NCBI GenBank assembly: GCA_046597375.1
Contig: JBKJKM010000174.1
Span: 15,677 to 79,676, forward strand
DNA length: 64,000 nt
Reading direction: 5' to 3'
Source: Acidimicrobiales bacterium
GTDB lineage: Bacteria; Actinomycetota; Acidimicrobiia; Acidimicrobiales; CADCTF01
How positions within the stretch are numbered: position 1 is the first letter of the stretch; the number at the start of each line of letters is the position of its first letter. Below the pieces are notes generated by a model. That model had not been told where the DNA came from, ran no database searches, and saw only the letters and a list, made by a program, of their open reading frames with translations. The translations under genes and the position numbers were made by a program. Shown piece by piece: positions 27,860 through 36,112 of this stretch.

Positions 27860-30184
27860 GTGCTCGGTCGTCTCGGTCGTTGGTGCCACAACCGGCGGGG
27901 CATCGTCGTGTTGGCGTGGATCGGTGCGCTCCTTCTCTTCGGTGGCATCTCGGGTGCCACCGGGAGCGGGTTCAGCACCGCCTTCTCCTTGCCGGACGTC
28001 GAGAGCTCGCGCGGCTTCGACATCATCGAAGAGCACTTCGGGGGGCGCGGCGGAGGCTCTGGTGGAACGGTGGTGTTTCGCTCGGAGGCCGGCATCGACG
28101 ATCCCGCCGTCAAGGCGGCCATGACAGCGTTCTTGGCCGACATCGACGCCATCGAGCCACTGCAGGTCATCAGTCCCTACGAACCCGACGGCGCGCAACA
28201 GATCGCCCGCCAAGGCGAGCAGGCGGGGCGAATCGCCTACGCCCAGGTCGAGATCCCGAGCGACTTCTCCATCGAGGACAGCGCCGCCGTCACGAAGGAC
28301 GTCACGGCCATCGAGCCCGACCTCGAGGGTCTCCAGGTGGAGTACGGCGGCCAACTCTTCGCCGAGTTCGCTCCGCCCGAATCCGAAGTGCTGGGCCTGG
28401 CTTTCGCCATCTTCATCCTCGTGCTGGCCTTTGGATCGGTGTTGGCGATGGGCCTGCCGATCGGAACTGCCATCTTCGGCATCGGCCTCGGCGTCACCGT
28501 CGTGACCATCCTTTCCAACGTCATCACGATGCCGGACTTCACGACCGTCCTCTCCGTCATGATCGGGCTGGGCGTCGGCATCGACTACGCCCTCTTCATC
28601 GTCACCCGCTACCGCGAAGGGTTGCATGGCGGCATGTCGACCGAGGATGCGGTGGCCGCCGCACTGAACACGGCCGGGCGGGCGGTGCTCTTCGCCGGCA
28701 CCACGGTCGTCATCTCCTTGATGGGCATGTTGTTGATGAAGCTCCAGTTCGTGAACGGACTGGCCATCGGCGCTGCTACCACGGTCCTCATGACGATGCT
28801 GGCGTCGGTCACCCTCCTCCCCGCCCTCCTCGGTTTCGCCGGTGCGCGGCTCGAGGTCACCCGGTGGCGCGGCCTCATCGCCACCGGACTCGTCGCCGTC
28901 GCCCTCCTCGGCGTCGGTCTCGGCATCCAGGCACTCCTGATCGCCCTGCCGATGGCTGTCGTCGTGATTGTCGCCGGCCTCTTCGTCGGCCCGCTCAAGC
29001 GGGAGGTGCCGAAGCGGGCACCGAAGCCCGTCGAGCGGACGCTCGCGTTTCGCTGGAGCCACCTCATCCAAGCCCGGCCGTGGCCGTTCGTCATCCTCGG
29101 CACGGCCGTCCTGGTGCTCCTCGCCGTCCCGCTGTTCTCCCTCCGCCTCGGGTTCTCCGACGAGGGGAACTACCCGAAGGACACCTCGACCCGCAAGGCC
29201 TACGACCTCCTCGCCTCCGGCTTCGGGCCGGGCTTCAACGGTCCTCTGGTCCTTGCCGCCGAACTGCCCGAGGGAGGCGACACCGCCACCATCGAGCGGG
29301 TCAGCGCGGCGCTGACCGACACCCCCGGTGTCGCCTTTGCCAGTCCTGGCTTCCCCAACGACCCAGCCGACCCGGAGGCTGTGCTCTGGCGCGTCATCCC
29401 CACCTCGGCGCCCCAGGACGAGTCGACGAGCGACCTCGTCGGCCGTCTCCGCAACGACGTCCTCCCGGCGGCGACGGCGGGTAGCGACCTCGACATCGCC
29501 GTCACCGGTTTCGTCGCCGTGAGCGTCGATTTCTCGAGCTACCTGGCGGCCCGCCTGCCCCTCTTCATCGGCGTGGTGCTGGCCCTGTCGTTCCTCCTCC
29601 TCATGGCCGTGTTCCGGTCGATCCTCGTACCCCTCAAGGCCGTGCTGATGAACCTCATTTCCATTGGCGCGGCCTACGGGCTGGTCGTCGCCGTCTTCCA
29701 ATGGGGCTGGGGCAAGGAACTCATCGGGATCGGCAAGGGCGGCCCGATCGAGCCCTTCGTGCCGATGATGATGTTCGCCATCGTGTTCGGCCTGTCGATG
29801 GACTACGAGGTCTTCCTGCTGTCACGAGTGAAGGAGGAGTACGACCGGACGGGCGACAACCGCGCGGCCGTCGCCGACGGCCTCACCGCCACGGCGCGGG
29901 TGATCACCGCCGCCGCCGCCATCATGGTGTTCGTCTTCGGCAGCTTCCTGCTCGAGTCCGACCGGGTCATCAAGCTCTTCGGCCTCGGACTGGCCAGCGC
30001 CGTGTTCCTCGACGCCACCATCGTCCGCATGCTGCTCGTCCCGGCGACCATGGAGCTCCTCGGCGACCGCAACTGGTGGCTGCCCGGTTGGCTCGACCGA
30101 CTGCTTCCCCGCATCGACGTCGAAGGCACGGCCGAGATCCCGACCACCGACCCGGTGGAAGAGCGGATTCCGACCCCGGTCTGA
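27860..30184 (+). CDS. MMPL-family (RND superfamily) membrane transporter
   Basis: The start is taken at GTG 27860, 6 nt after AGGAG and in frame with the track ORF 27830..30184. LGRLGRWCHNRRGIVVLAWIGALLL is a typical MmpL N-terminus. Two 6-TM bundles carry GxGxDYALF (GVGIDYALFIVTRYRE; GLSMDYEVFLLSRVKE). Confidence 0.85.
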   Translation: MLGRLGRWCHNRRGIVVLAWIGALLLFGGISGATGSGFSTAFSLPDVESSRGFDIIEEHFGGRGGGSGGTVVFRSEAGIDDPAVKAAMTAFLADIDAIEPLQVISPYEPDGAQQIARQGEQAGRIAYAQVEIPSDFSIEDSAAVTKDVTAIEPDLEGLQVEYGGQLFAEFAPPESEVLGLAFAIFILVLAFGSVLAMGLPIGTAIFGIGLGVTVVTILSNVITMPDFTTVLSVMIGLGVGIDYALFIVTRYREGLHGGMSTEDAVAAALNTAGRAVLFAGTTVVISLMGMLLMKLQFVNGLAIGAATTVLMTMLASVTLLPALLGFAGARLEVTRWRGLIATGLVAVALLGVGLGIQALLIALPMAVVVIVAGLFVGPLKREVPKRAPKPVERTLAFRWSHLIQARPWPFVILGTAVLVLLAVPLFSLRLGFSDEGNYPKDTSTRKAYDLLASGFGPGFNGPLVLAAELPEGGDTATIERVSAALTDTPGVAFASPGFPNDPADPEAVLWRVIPTSAPQDESTSDLVGRLRNDVLPAATAGSDLDIAVTGFVAVSVDFSSYLAARLPLFIGVVLALSFLLLMAVFRSILVPLKAVLMNLISIGAAYGLVVAVFQWGWGKELIGIGKGGPIEPFVPMMMFAIVFGLSMDYEVFLLSRVKEEYDRTGDNRAAVADGLTATARVITAAAAIMVFVFGSFLLESDRVIKLFGLGLASAVFLDATIVRMLLVPATMELLGDRNWWLPGWLDRLLPRIDVEGTAEIPTTDPVEERIPTPV

Positions 30185-30217
30185 CGCTCCACAGTTGGAC
30201 TCTTGGGCGAATTTGGT

Positions 30218-30233
30218 TGTTAGGTCGACCTAA
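30218..30233. promoter_or_regulatory. Perfect 16-bp palindrome upstream of the iron ABC importer (candidate metalloregulator operator)
   Basis: GTTAGGTCGACCTAAC ends 15 nt upstream of ATG 30249. The outer half-sites TTAGG/CCTAA equal the outer arms of the IdeR/DtxR iron box TTAGGTTAGGCTAACCTAA. Confidence 0.4.
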
Positions 30234-30248
30234 CGACAAAGTGGTGCC

Positions 30249-31262
30249 ATGCCGAAGAAGTGGTTGGTCTCCTTCCTCGCCGTCCTCGTGCTGGGCACAG
30301 GCCTGGGCGCCTGCTCGTCGGGCGGGGACGAGAAGTTGGTCATCTACTCCGGCCGCTCCGAGAACCTCGTGAAGCCGATCCTCGACCGTTTCGCCAAGGC
30401 CTCCGGGGTCGAGATCAGCGTTCGCTACGGCGACACGGCCGAACTGGCCGCCAGTATCCTCGAGGAGGGCGACAACACCAGGGCCGACGTCTTCTTCAGC
30501 CAGGACGCGAGCGCCCTGGCTGCGCTCTCCGACCGCGACCGGCTGGTGGCACTGGCCCCGGCCGCCCTCGACTCCGTGCCCGAGCGCTTCCGCGATCCGG
30601 ACGGACATTGGTTGGGCGTCACCGGGCGGGCCCGCGTGCTGGCGTACAACACCGACAAGCTGACCGAGAGCGATCTCCCCGACGACATCTTCGAGTTGAC
30701 CGATCCGAAGTGGAAGGGGCGGGTCGGCCTCCCGCCCACCAACGCCTCGTTCATCGCCTTCGTCTCGGCCCTCACCGAGCAATACGGCGCCGACCGGACG
30801 AAGGCCTATCTGGAGGGCCTCAAGGCCAACGGCGTCAAGACCTACGACAACAACGTGATCGCCATCGAGGCGGTGGCCGACGGCGAGATCGACGTCGCCC
30901 TCGTCAACCACTACTACCTGTACAGCGAGTTCGAGGAGCGGCCCGACCTGCCGGTGCAGAATTACTTCCCTGGCCAGGGGAGCGGCGGCACCGGCACGTT
31001 CGTGAACGTGTCCGGGCTCGGCATCCTCGAGGGCACGAAGCAGCGAAAGGCGGCCAACAAGCTCGTGGCGTATCTGTTGTCCACCGAGGCCCAGGAGTAC
31101 TTCCGGGACGAGACGACCGAGTACCCCTTGCGCACCGGTATCAGCGCCAGCGACGAGCTGCCTCCGTTGGACTCGATCGCCACGTTCGATGTCTCGTTGG
31201 CCGACCTCGGCAAGGACCTCGAGGCCAGCCTCGATCTCATCAACGAAGTCGGTCTGACCTGA
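30249..31262 (+). CDS. Ferric-iron ABC transporter substrate-binding lipoprotein (FbpA/AfuA-like)
   Basis: Lipobox LGTGLGAC. LVIYSGRSENLVKPILDRFAK...DVFFSQDA...VNHYY is the FbpA-family pattern. Confidence 0.85.
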   Translation: MPKKWLVSFLAVLVLGTGLGACSSGGDEKLVIYSGRSENLVKPILDRFAKASGVEISVRYGDTAELAASILEEGDNTRADVFFSQDASALAALSDRDRLVALAPAALDSVPERFRDPDGHWLGVTGRARVLAYNTDKLTESDLPDDIFELTDPKWKGRVGLPPTNASFIAFVSALTEQYGADRTKAYLEGLKANGVKTYDNNVIAIEAVADGEIDVALVNHYYLYSEFEERPDLPVQNYFPGQGSGGTGTFVNVSGLGILEGTKQRKAANKLVAYLLSTEAQEYFRDETTEYPLRTGISASDELPPLDSIATFDVSLADLGKDLEASLDLINEVGLT

Positions 31263-32809
31263 CCCGCCGGCCGCCGGCGGCCCTGATCGCCGTCGGGCTC
31301 GTGGTGGCTGCAGGGATGGCATTGCCCCTCGTTCACCTCACGCTGCGGGCGGCCGAGGCCGACGATCCCCTCGGCGTGTTGCAGTCATCGCGCGTCGGCG
31401 GGGCAGCCATGTCGACCCTGGCGCTCGGGCTCACGGTGACGGCCGCCGCAGCCGTGTTGGGCGTCGCCATCGCCTGGCTCCTGGAGCGCACCGACCTACC
31501 AGGGCGGCGGGCTCTCGGGGCCTGGGCGGCCCTGCCGCTGGTCGTGCCGACCTACGTCGCCGCCGTGGCGTTGAAGGACGCCTTCGGGCCGCGCGGCCTC
31601 GTTGCGACCGTCCCCGGCATCGTCGGCTTCTTCGGGGCCGCCGCCAGCTTGACCTTGTCGACCTTCCCTTACGTCCTGCTCCTCGTGCGGGCCGCCCTGG
31701 CCGGTAGCGACCCCGCGCTGGAAGAAGCCGCACGGTCACTGGGCGACTCCCGCCGGCGGGTGCTGTGGCGCGTCGTGCTCCCACAGCTCCGCCCCGCCCT
31801 CGCCGCCGGAAGCCTGCTGGTGTTCCTCTACGTGCTCTCCGACTTCGGAGCGGTGACGATCCTGCGCTACGAGACGATCACGCTCCGGATCTTCGCCGAG
31901 TACCGCACGTCATTCGAGCGGGCGCCGGCCGCCCTCCTCGGGCTGGTGCTCGTGGGTTTGACCCTGGTGGCGATCGTGGTCGAGCGTCGGGCTCGTGGCC
32001 GAGGCACGCCGGCTCGTATCGTCGGGGGCTCACGTCCGCCGGTGCGGCGATCGCTGGGTCCCTGGCGGTGGCCGGCCGTCGGCGGCGTCGTGCTGGTCGG
32101 GTTCCTGGGCACCGGTGTGCCGGTGCTCGTCCTCGTCTACCGCACCTTCATCGCGGCCTCCCGCACCGTCCAGGCCGACGTGGTGGCGCGCGCCGCGATG
32201 ACCTCGATCCTCCTCGCCGCCGCCGCCGCCTTGGTGGCGGTGACGCTGGCGGTACCGGTGGCCACCTTGTCCGTCCGCTTCCGCTCCCGATTCGCCGCTA
32301 CCGTCGAGACCTTGTCGTCCGCCGGCTACGCCCTTCCCGGCCTCGTCATCGCCCTGGCGCTGGTGTTCTTCGCCGCCAACTACCTGCCGTGGCTCTACCA
32401 GACGGTCGGGTTGGTCGTCGTGGCCTACGTCATCCGGTTCTTTCCTGAGGCGCTCGGCGCCGCTCGAAGCGGCCTGGCCGGCCTCGATCCCGGTGTCGAG
32501 GACGCAGCTCGTTCGCTCGGCGATGGGCGCCTGGCCGTCGTCCGGCGCGTGACGGTTCCCCTCATCCGCCGCAGCCTCGTGGGTGGCGGCCTCCTGGTGT
32601 TCCTGACCTCGATGAAGGAACTCCCGGCGACCCTGCTCCTCCGCCCCGCCGGCGTCGACACGCTGGCGACCCGGGTCTGGACCGGGGCGGCCGAAGGCCG
32701 GTATGCCCAGGCGGCTCCAGCTGCGCTGGTGCTCGTGCTCCTCTCCGGGGTCGCGCTCACCCTGCTGCGCAACGAACGGGGCGCCGACGCCGCCACCCCC
32801 TTGTCGTGA
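31259..32809 (+). CDS. Iron ABC transporter permease (FbpB-like, duplicated 6-TM domains)
   Basis: It has two EAA-loop regions (LEEAARSLGDSRRRVLWRVVLPQLRPAL; VEDAARSLGDGRLAVVRRVTVPLIRRSL). The conserved N-terminus TRRPPAALIAVGLVV...LPLVHLTLRA requires a start at CTG 31259 (CTGA overlap). The first canonical start, GTG 31301, would cut TM1. Confidence 0.8.
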   Translation: MTRRPPAALIAVGLVVAAGMALPLVHLTLRAAEADDPLGVLQSSRVGGAAMSTLALGLTVTAAAAVLGVAIAWLLERTDLPGRRALGAWAALPLVVPTYVAAVALKDAFGPRGLVATVPGIVGFFGAAASLTLSTFPYVLLLVRAALAGSDPALEEAARSLGDSRRRVLWRVVLPQLRPALAAGSLLVFLYVLSDFGAVTILRYETITLRIFAEYRTSFERAPAALLGLVLVGLTLVAIVVERRARGRGTPARIVGGSRPPVRRSLGPWRWPAVGGVVLVGFLGTGVPVLVLVYRTFIAASRTVQADVVARAAMTSILLAAAAALVAVTLAVPVATLSVRFRSRFAATVETLSSAGYALPGLVIALALVFFAANYLPWLYQTVGLVVVAYVIRFFPEALGAARSGLAGLDPGVEDAARSLGDGRLAVVRRVTVPLIRRSLVGGGLLVFLTSMKELPATLLLRPAGVDTLATRVWTGAAEGRYAQAAPAALVLVLLSGVALTLLRNERGADAATPLS

Positions 32810-33855
32810 CTCCTGCCATCGAGTTGGTCGGGGTCTCGAAGTCGTACGGCGCCGTGCCCGCCGTCGTCGACGTCGACCTGCGCGTCGAGGCGGGCGAGTT
32901 CCTGACGCTGCTTGGTCCATCTGGCTGCGGGAAGTCCACGCTGCTGCGTTTGGTGGCCGGGTTCGAAACGCCCGACGCCGGCACGGTTCGGCTCTTCGGA
33001 GACGACGTCGTCGATGTCCCCGCCGAGAAGCGGGCCGTCGGCCTCGTGTTCCAGCAGCTCGCCCTGTTCCCCCACCTCGACGTGGCCCGGAACGTGGCCT
33101 ACGGGCTGCGCGAACTCTCCAAGAGCGACCGTCAGATGCGGGTGCGCGAGCTGCTGGCGTTGGTCGACCTTCCCGGCGCCGAACGCCGGTACCCGGACCA
33201 GCTCTCCGGCGGCCAAGCGCAGCGCGTGGCGCTGGCCCGGGCCTTGGCGCCCCGACCGCGGGTCGTCCTTCTCGACGAGCCGTTCTCGAGCCTCGACACC
33301 ACGCTGCGGGCCAGCTTGCGGGAGGAGGTGCGGACGATCCTGCGATCGGCCGGGGTGACCGCCATCCTCGTCACCCACGACCAGGACGAAGCGCTGTCGC
33401 TCGGCGATCGCGTGGGCGTGATGTTCGACGGAAGAGTTGTGCGTCACGGTGCGCCCCGTGAGGTCTACACCGAGCCGCGTTCCGTCGCCGTCGCCGCCTT
33501 CGTGGGTGACGCCAACCGGGTGCCGGGTCGTCGCCAGGGCAACCGGCTCGTGACCGAGTTGGGATCGCTCGCCTGCGACAGCGACGCTGGCGCCGACGGC
33601 GACGGCGACGGCACCGGGCAAGGCGACGTCGCCCTCGTCCGGCCGGAGCACGTCCTGCTCGACGACGCGCCCGGTGGTGCCTCGGTGGTCATCGACGTGG
33701 CGTACTACGGGCACGACCAGTCGGTCTCGGTGCGCCTCAGCTCCGGCCTGATCGTGCGCGCCCGGCTGGGAACGGGCCGGACGTTCACGCCGGGCCAGAC
33801 GGTCTCGGCCAAGGCGTCGACCGCAATCGTGGCCGATGGCGTTTCGTCCCTTTGA
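32806..33855 (+). CDS. ABC transporter ATP-binding protein (FbpC/PotA-like) with C-terminal TOBE-like domain
   Basis: GTGA overlap with the permease gene. [39 protein letters not shown] and LVTHDQDEAL. Confidence 0.9.
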   Translation: MTPAIELVGVSKSYGAVPAVVDVDLRVEAGEFLTLLGPSGCGKSTLLRLVAGFETPDAGTVRLFGDDVVDVPAEKRAVGLVFQQLALFPHLDVARNVAYGLRELSKSDRQMRVRELLALVDLPGAERRYPDQLSGGQAQRVALARALAPRPRVVLLDEPFSSLDTTLRASLREEVRTILRSAGVTAILVTHDQDEALSLGDRVGVMFDGRVVRHGAPREVYTEPRSVAVAAFVGDANRVPGRRQGNRLVTELGSLACDSDAGADGDGDGTGQGDVALVRPEHVLLDDAPGGASVVIDVAYYGHDQSVSVRLSSGLIVRARLGTGRTFTPGQTVSAKASTAIVADGVSSL

Positions 33856-34046
33856 CCGAAGGGCACATCTGGGACATGGGTGACCGGCGAGCCAACGACG
33901 ACCGCGACGATCTCGTCTCCACCGACGAGGTGCTCTCGGAGAGCGTGGAGCGCGTGCGCTCGTCCCGAGAGCTGATCAACCAGATCGACGAGCAGCTGGC
34001 CCGCGGTCAAGAACTGCTCGGGGGAGATCAGCCCAGGTTGAAGTAG
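33852..34046 (+). CDS. Possible small acidic protein (hypothetical)
   Basis: The TTG start overlaps the upstream stop (TTGA). Third positions are predominantly G/C. No family is recognised. The 3' end overlaps the convergent gene by 19 nt. Confidence 0.3.
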   Translation: MTEGHIWDMGDRRANDDRDDLVSTDEVLSESVERVRSSRELINQIDEQLARGQELLGGDQPRLK

Positions 34047-35965
34047 CGCGCCATCGATCCGCTGCCCGGGCAGGCGATGTTCGGGTCGTACTGGCCCGGA
34101 AGCAGCTGGACGAGGGCGACCGGCCCGCCGCCAAAACCACGGGTGACGCAGTACTCGGCAACGGCGGGAAGTCCGTTGGCGCCGGCCGTCCAGACGGGAA
34201 GTCCCGGCTGCTCGTCGCCCATCAGCTTCTGGAATTGGAAGGGTGTCGAGTAGATCCCCGGTTCGAGGCCAGCCTCGCGCACGGCATCGATGGCACCGCG
34301 CAGCACGATGGCGTTGAGGGGCTGGTTCCGAGTCCAGTAGTTGAGATGTTCGACGTCGAGCCACGCGAACGGCGCCTCGACACCCTGCGAGCGGGCGTAG
34401 TCGAGGGAATCGCGCACGCCGTTGAGTCCGAAGTTGTAGGCCACGCAGCCGAGGGCGTCGGGCCCGCAGGCGGGCTGGCGATCGCTGGTCGCCCCGCGGG
34501 CGAGCTCGTCCTCCGACCGGGGAAAGTTCACGTTGAGGTAGATGCCGGCGGCGCCGCGTTGGCGGGCCCATCTCCACTGGTCGGCCAGGCACCGGTTGTG
34601 GCGGAAAGCCCGCCCTCCGTTGACCCCGATGATGGCGTAGGCCGAGGGAGCGCTCGGGTAGGGGCCGTCGCACTGCGGATACGAGATGTCCCACCCGAAC
34701 TGCCTGTCGAGGCGCCGGGGAGCCCACGCGCCTCTTGCCTTCTCCCTGGCATGGTCCCTGGCGTCGTCCCTGACCCTCTCCTTCGCCGCCGCTCGGCTGG
34801 TGTCGCCGCCGGCGGCGGCGGCGGTGACGGTGGCCGACGCAGCCGAGACTTCCGGGGCGGGCTCGCCGGTGCTCGCAACCGTCGCCGGTGGCGACGCCAG
34901 CTCGGCGGTGGCGGGTTCGGCTGCGAGCGGTGGGGGCGTCTGACGACCGACGCCGGCGGCGATGGCGGTGAAAGGTCGCCCGGTGCGCTCGGAGGCGGGA
35001 GCGCCGAGGAACGGCGCAGCGCCGTAGGAATAGACGCCGCCGTCGCCGGAGAGCAGCCAGTAGCCCGATCCGTCCGGGAGGAGAGCCATGTCGACGATCG
35101 GCTTGGTGAGCCGCTCGTCGATGGCGGCTCCATGAAACGGCGCGGAGCCGAAGGTGAAGATCCCGCCATCGGCGCCGACAAGGTAGTAGCCGCCGTCGTC
35201 GGCCGTCGGCACGAGGTCGATGATCCGACCGTTCACGGCGGTGTCGCCCAACGAACCGAGGAAACCCGCGTCGCCAAACGTGAACACGCCGCCGTCCGAG
35301 CTGACCAGCCAGTAACCGAGACCGGTGGCCGTCGGGGCCAGTGACACGACTCGAGACGGCATGCCGACTTCGGGCCCCGCGCCGAAGTAGCCAGCGTCAC
35401 CGAAGGCGAAGACCCCGCCATCGGCCGCAACCAGCCAGTAGCCGAGTCCGGTCGGCGTGGCCGCAATGTCGACGACTCGCTCGGTGCTGTCGCCGGCGGC
35501 CGAACCGAGGAACTCGGCCGTCCCGAACGCGAAGACACCGCCGTCGGCACTGGACAGCCAGTAGCCCTCGCCGTCGGGCGTGTGAGCGAGACCGACCATC
35601 GGCGATCCCGTTTCGCCGGCGGCGCTCCCGGCGAATCCGAACCAGCCATGCGTGAATACGCCCCCATCGGCACTGGTGATTCGGTAGCCGGGCCCGGCTG
35701 TCGGAACAGCAGCCTGCATAGCGGCGCCGATCGGGGCGCCCACAGCCCTGCTCGGAACCTCGCCGTCCGGCGCCTGGGCTTCGCCCGCAACGGGTGCGGC
35801 CGGCGGGTCGAGCTCGGGGCCGCCCAACTGATCGGCCGCCGCCACGAGCGTCCCCGTCAGCGCCGTGGCCAGAGCGGCCACCACAGCCGTCCGGCGCCAC
35901 CACGAGGCCACCCGGCCATGGGCGTCCGGCAGGCCGGCAGGCGCGAGGAGCAAGGGACGTCTCAC
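34028..35965 (-). CDS. Secreted protein: six-repeat (beta-propeller-like) domain plus C-terminal glycoside-hydrolase-like (GH25/DUF1906-like) domain
   Basis: The signal/anchor is TAVVAALATALTGTLVAAA. Six repeats of about 41-42 aa follow, with consensus GYWLVxxDGGVFxFGDAxFxGS. The C-terminal region is FGWDISYPQC...YAIIGVNGG...IYLNVNF...AWLDVE. The hydrolase assignment is tentative. Confidence 0.7.
   Translation of the reverse strand: MRRPLLLAPAGLPDAHGRVASWWRRTAVVAALATALTGTLVAAADQLGGPELDPPAAPVAGEAQAPDGEVPSRAVGAPIGAAMQAAVPTAGPGYRITSADGGVFTHGWFGFAGSAAGETGSPMVGLAHTPDGEGYWLSSADGGVFAFGTAEFLGSAAGDSTERVVDIAATPTGLGYWLVAADGGVFAFGDAGYFGAGPEVGMPSRVVSLAPTATGLGYWLVSSDGGVFTFGDAGFLGSLGDTAVNGRIIDLVPTADDGGYYLVGADGGIFTFGSAPFHGAAIDERLTKPIVDMALLPDGSGYWLLSGDGGVYSYGAAPFLGAPASERTGRPFTAIAAGVGRQTPPPLAAEPATAELASPPATVASTGEPAPEVSAASATVTAAAAGGDTSRAAAKERVRDDARDHAREKARGAWAPRRLDRQFGWDISYPQCDGPYPSAPSAYAIIGVNGGRAFRHNRCLADQWRWARQRGAAGIYLNVNFPRSEDELARGATSDRQPACGPDALGCVAYNFGLNGVRDSLDYARSQGVEAPFAWLDVEHLNYWTRNQPLNAIVLRGAIDAVREAGLEPGIYSTPFQFQKLMGDEQPGLPVWTAGANGLPAVAEYCVTRGFGGGPVALVQLLPGQYDPNIACPGSGSMARYFNLG
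34952..35689 (-). repeat. Six tandem coding repeats of about 123-126 nt (41-42 aa blades)
   Basis: Repeat starts fall at residues 93, 134, 175, 217, 259 and 301 of the 645-aa product: GYRITSADGGVFTHG, GYWLSSADGGVFAFG, GYWLVAADGGVFAFG, GYWLVSSDGGVFTFG, GYYLVGADGGIFTFG and GYWLLSGDGGVYSYG. Confidence 0.85.
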
Positions 35966-36112
35966 AGGTCGACCGGCCTCCGACCGGGGCGCGCCTCACC
36001 CAGGGAGGCGGCGCCCTTCCTGGATCGGCACGTCTGCGCCTCCAATGGACTCGTTGACGCCGTTCATTTTTGAAGAACGACCTTCACCGGGGTTTCAAAC
36101 TGGGAACTCCGG

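Noticed and set aside
30218-30233. Calling the palindrome a canonical IdeR iron box.
   Set aside because: Only the outer TTAGG/CCTAA arms match. The element is 16 bp rather than 19 bp and lacks the inner repeats. It is therefore reported only as a candidate variant metalloregulator site.
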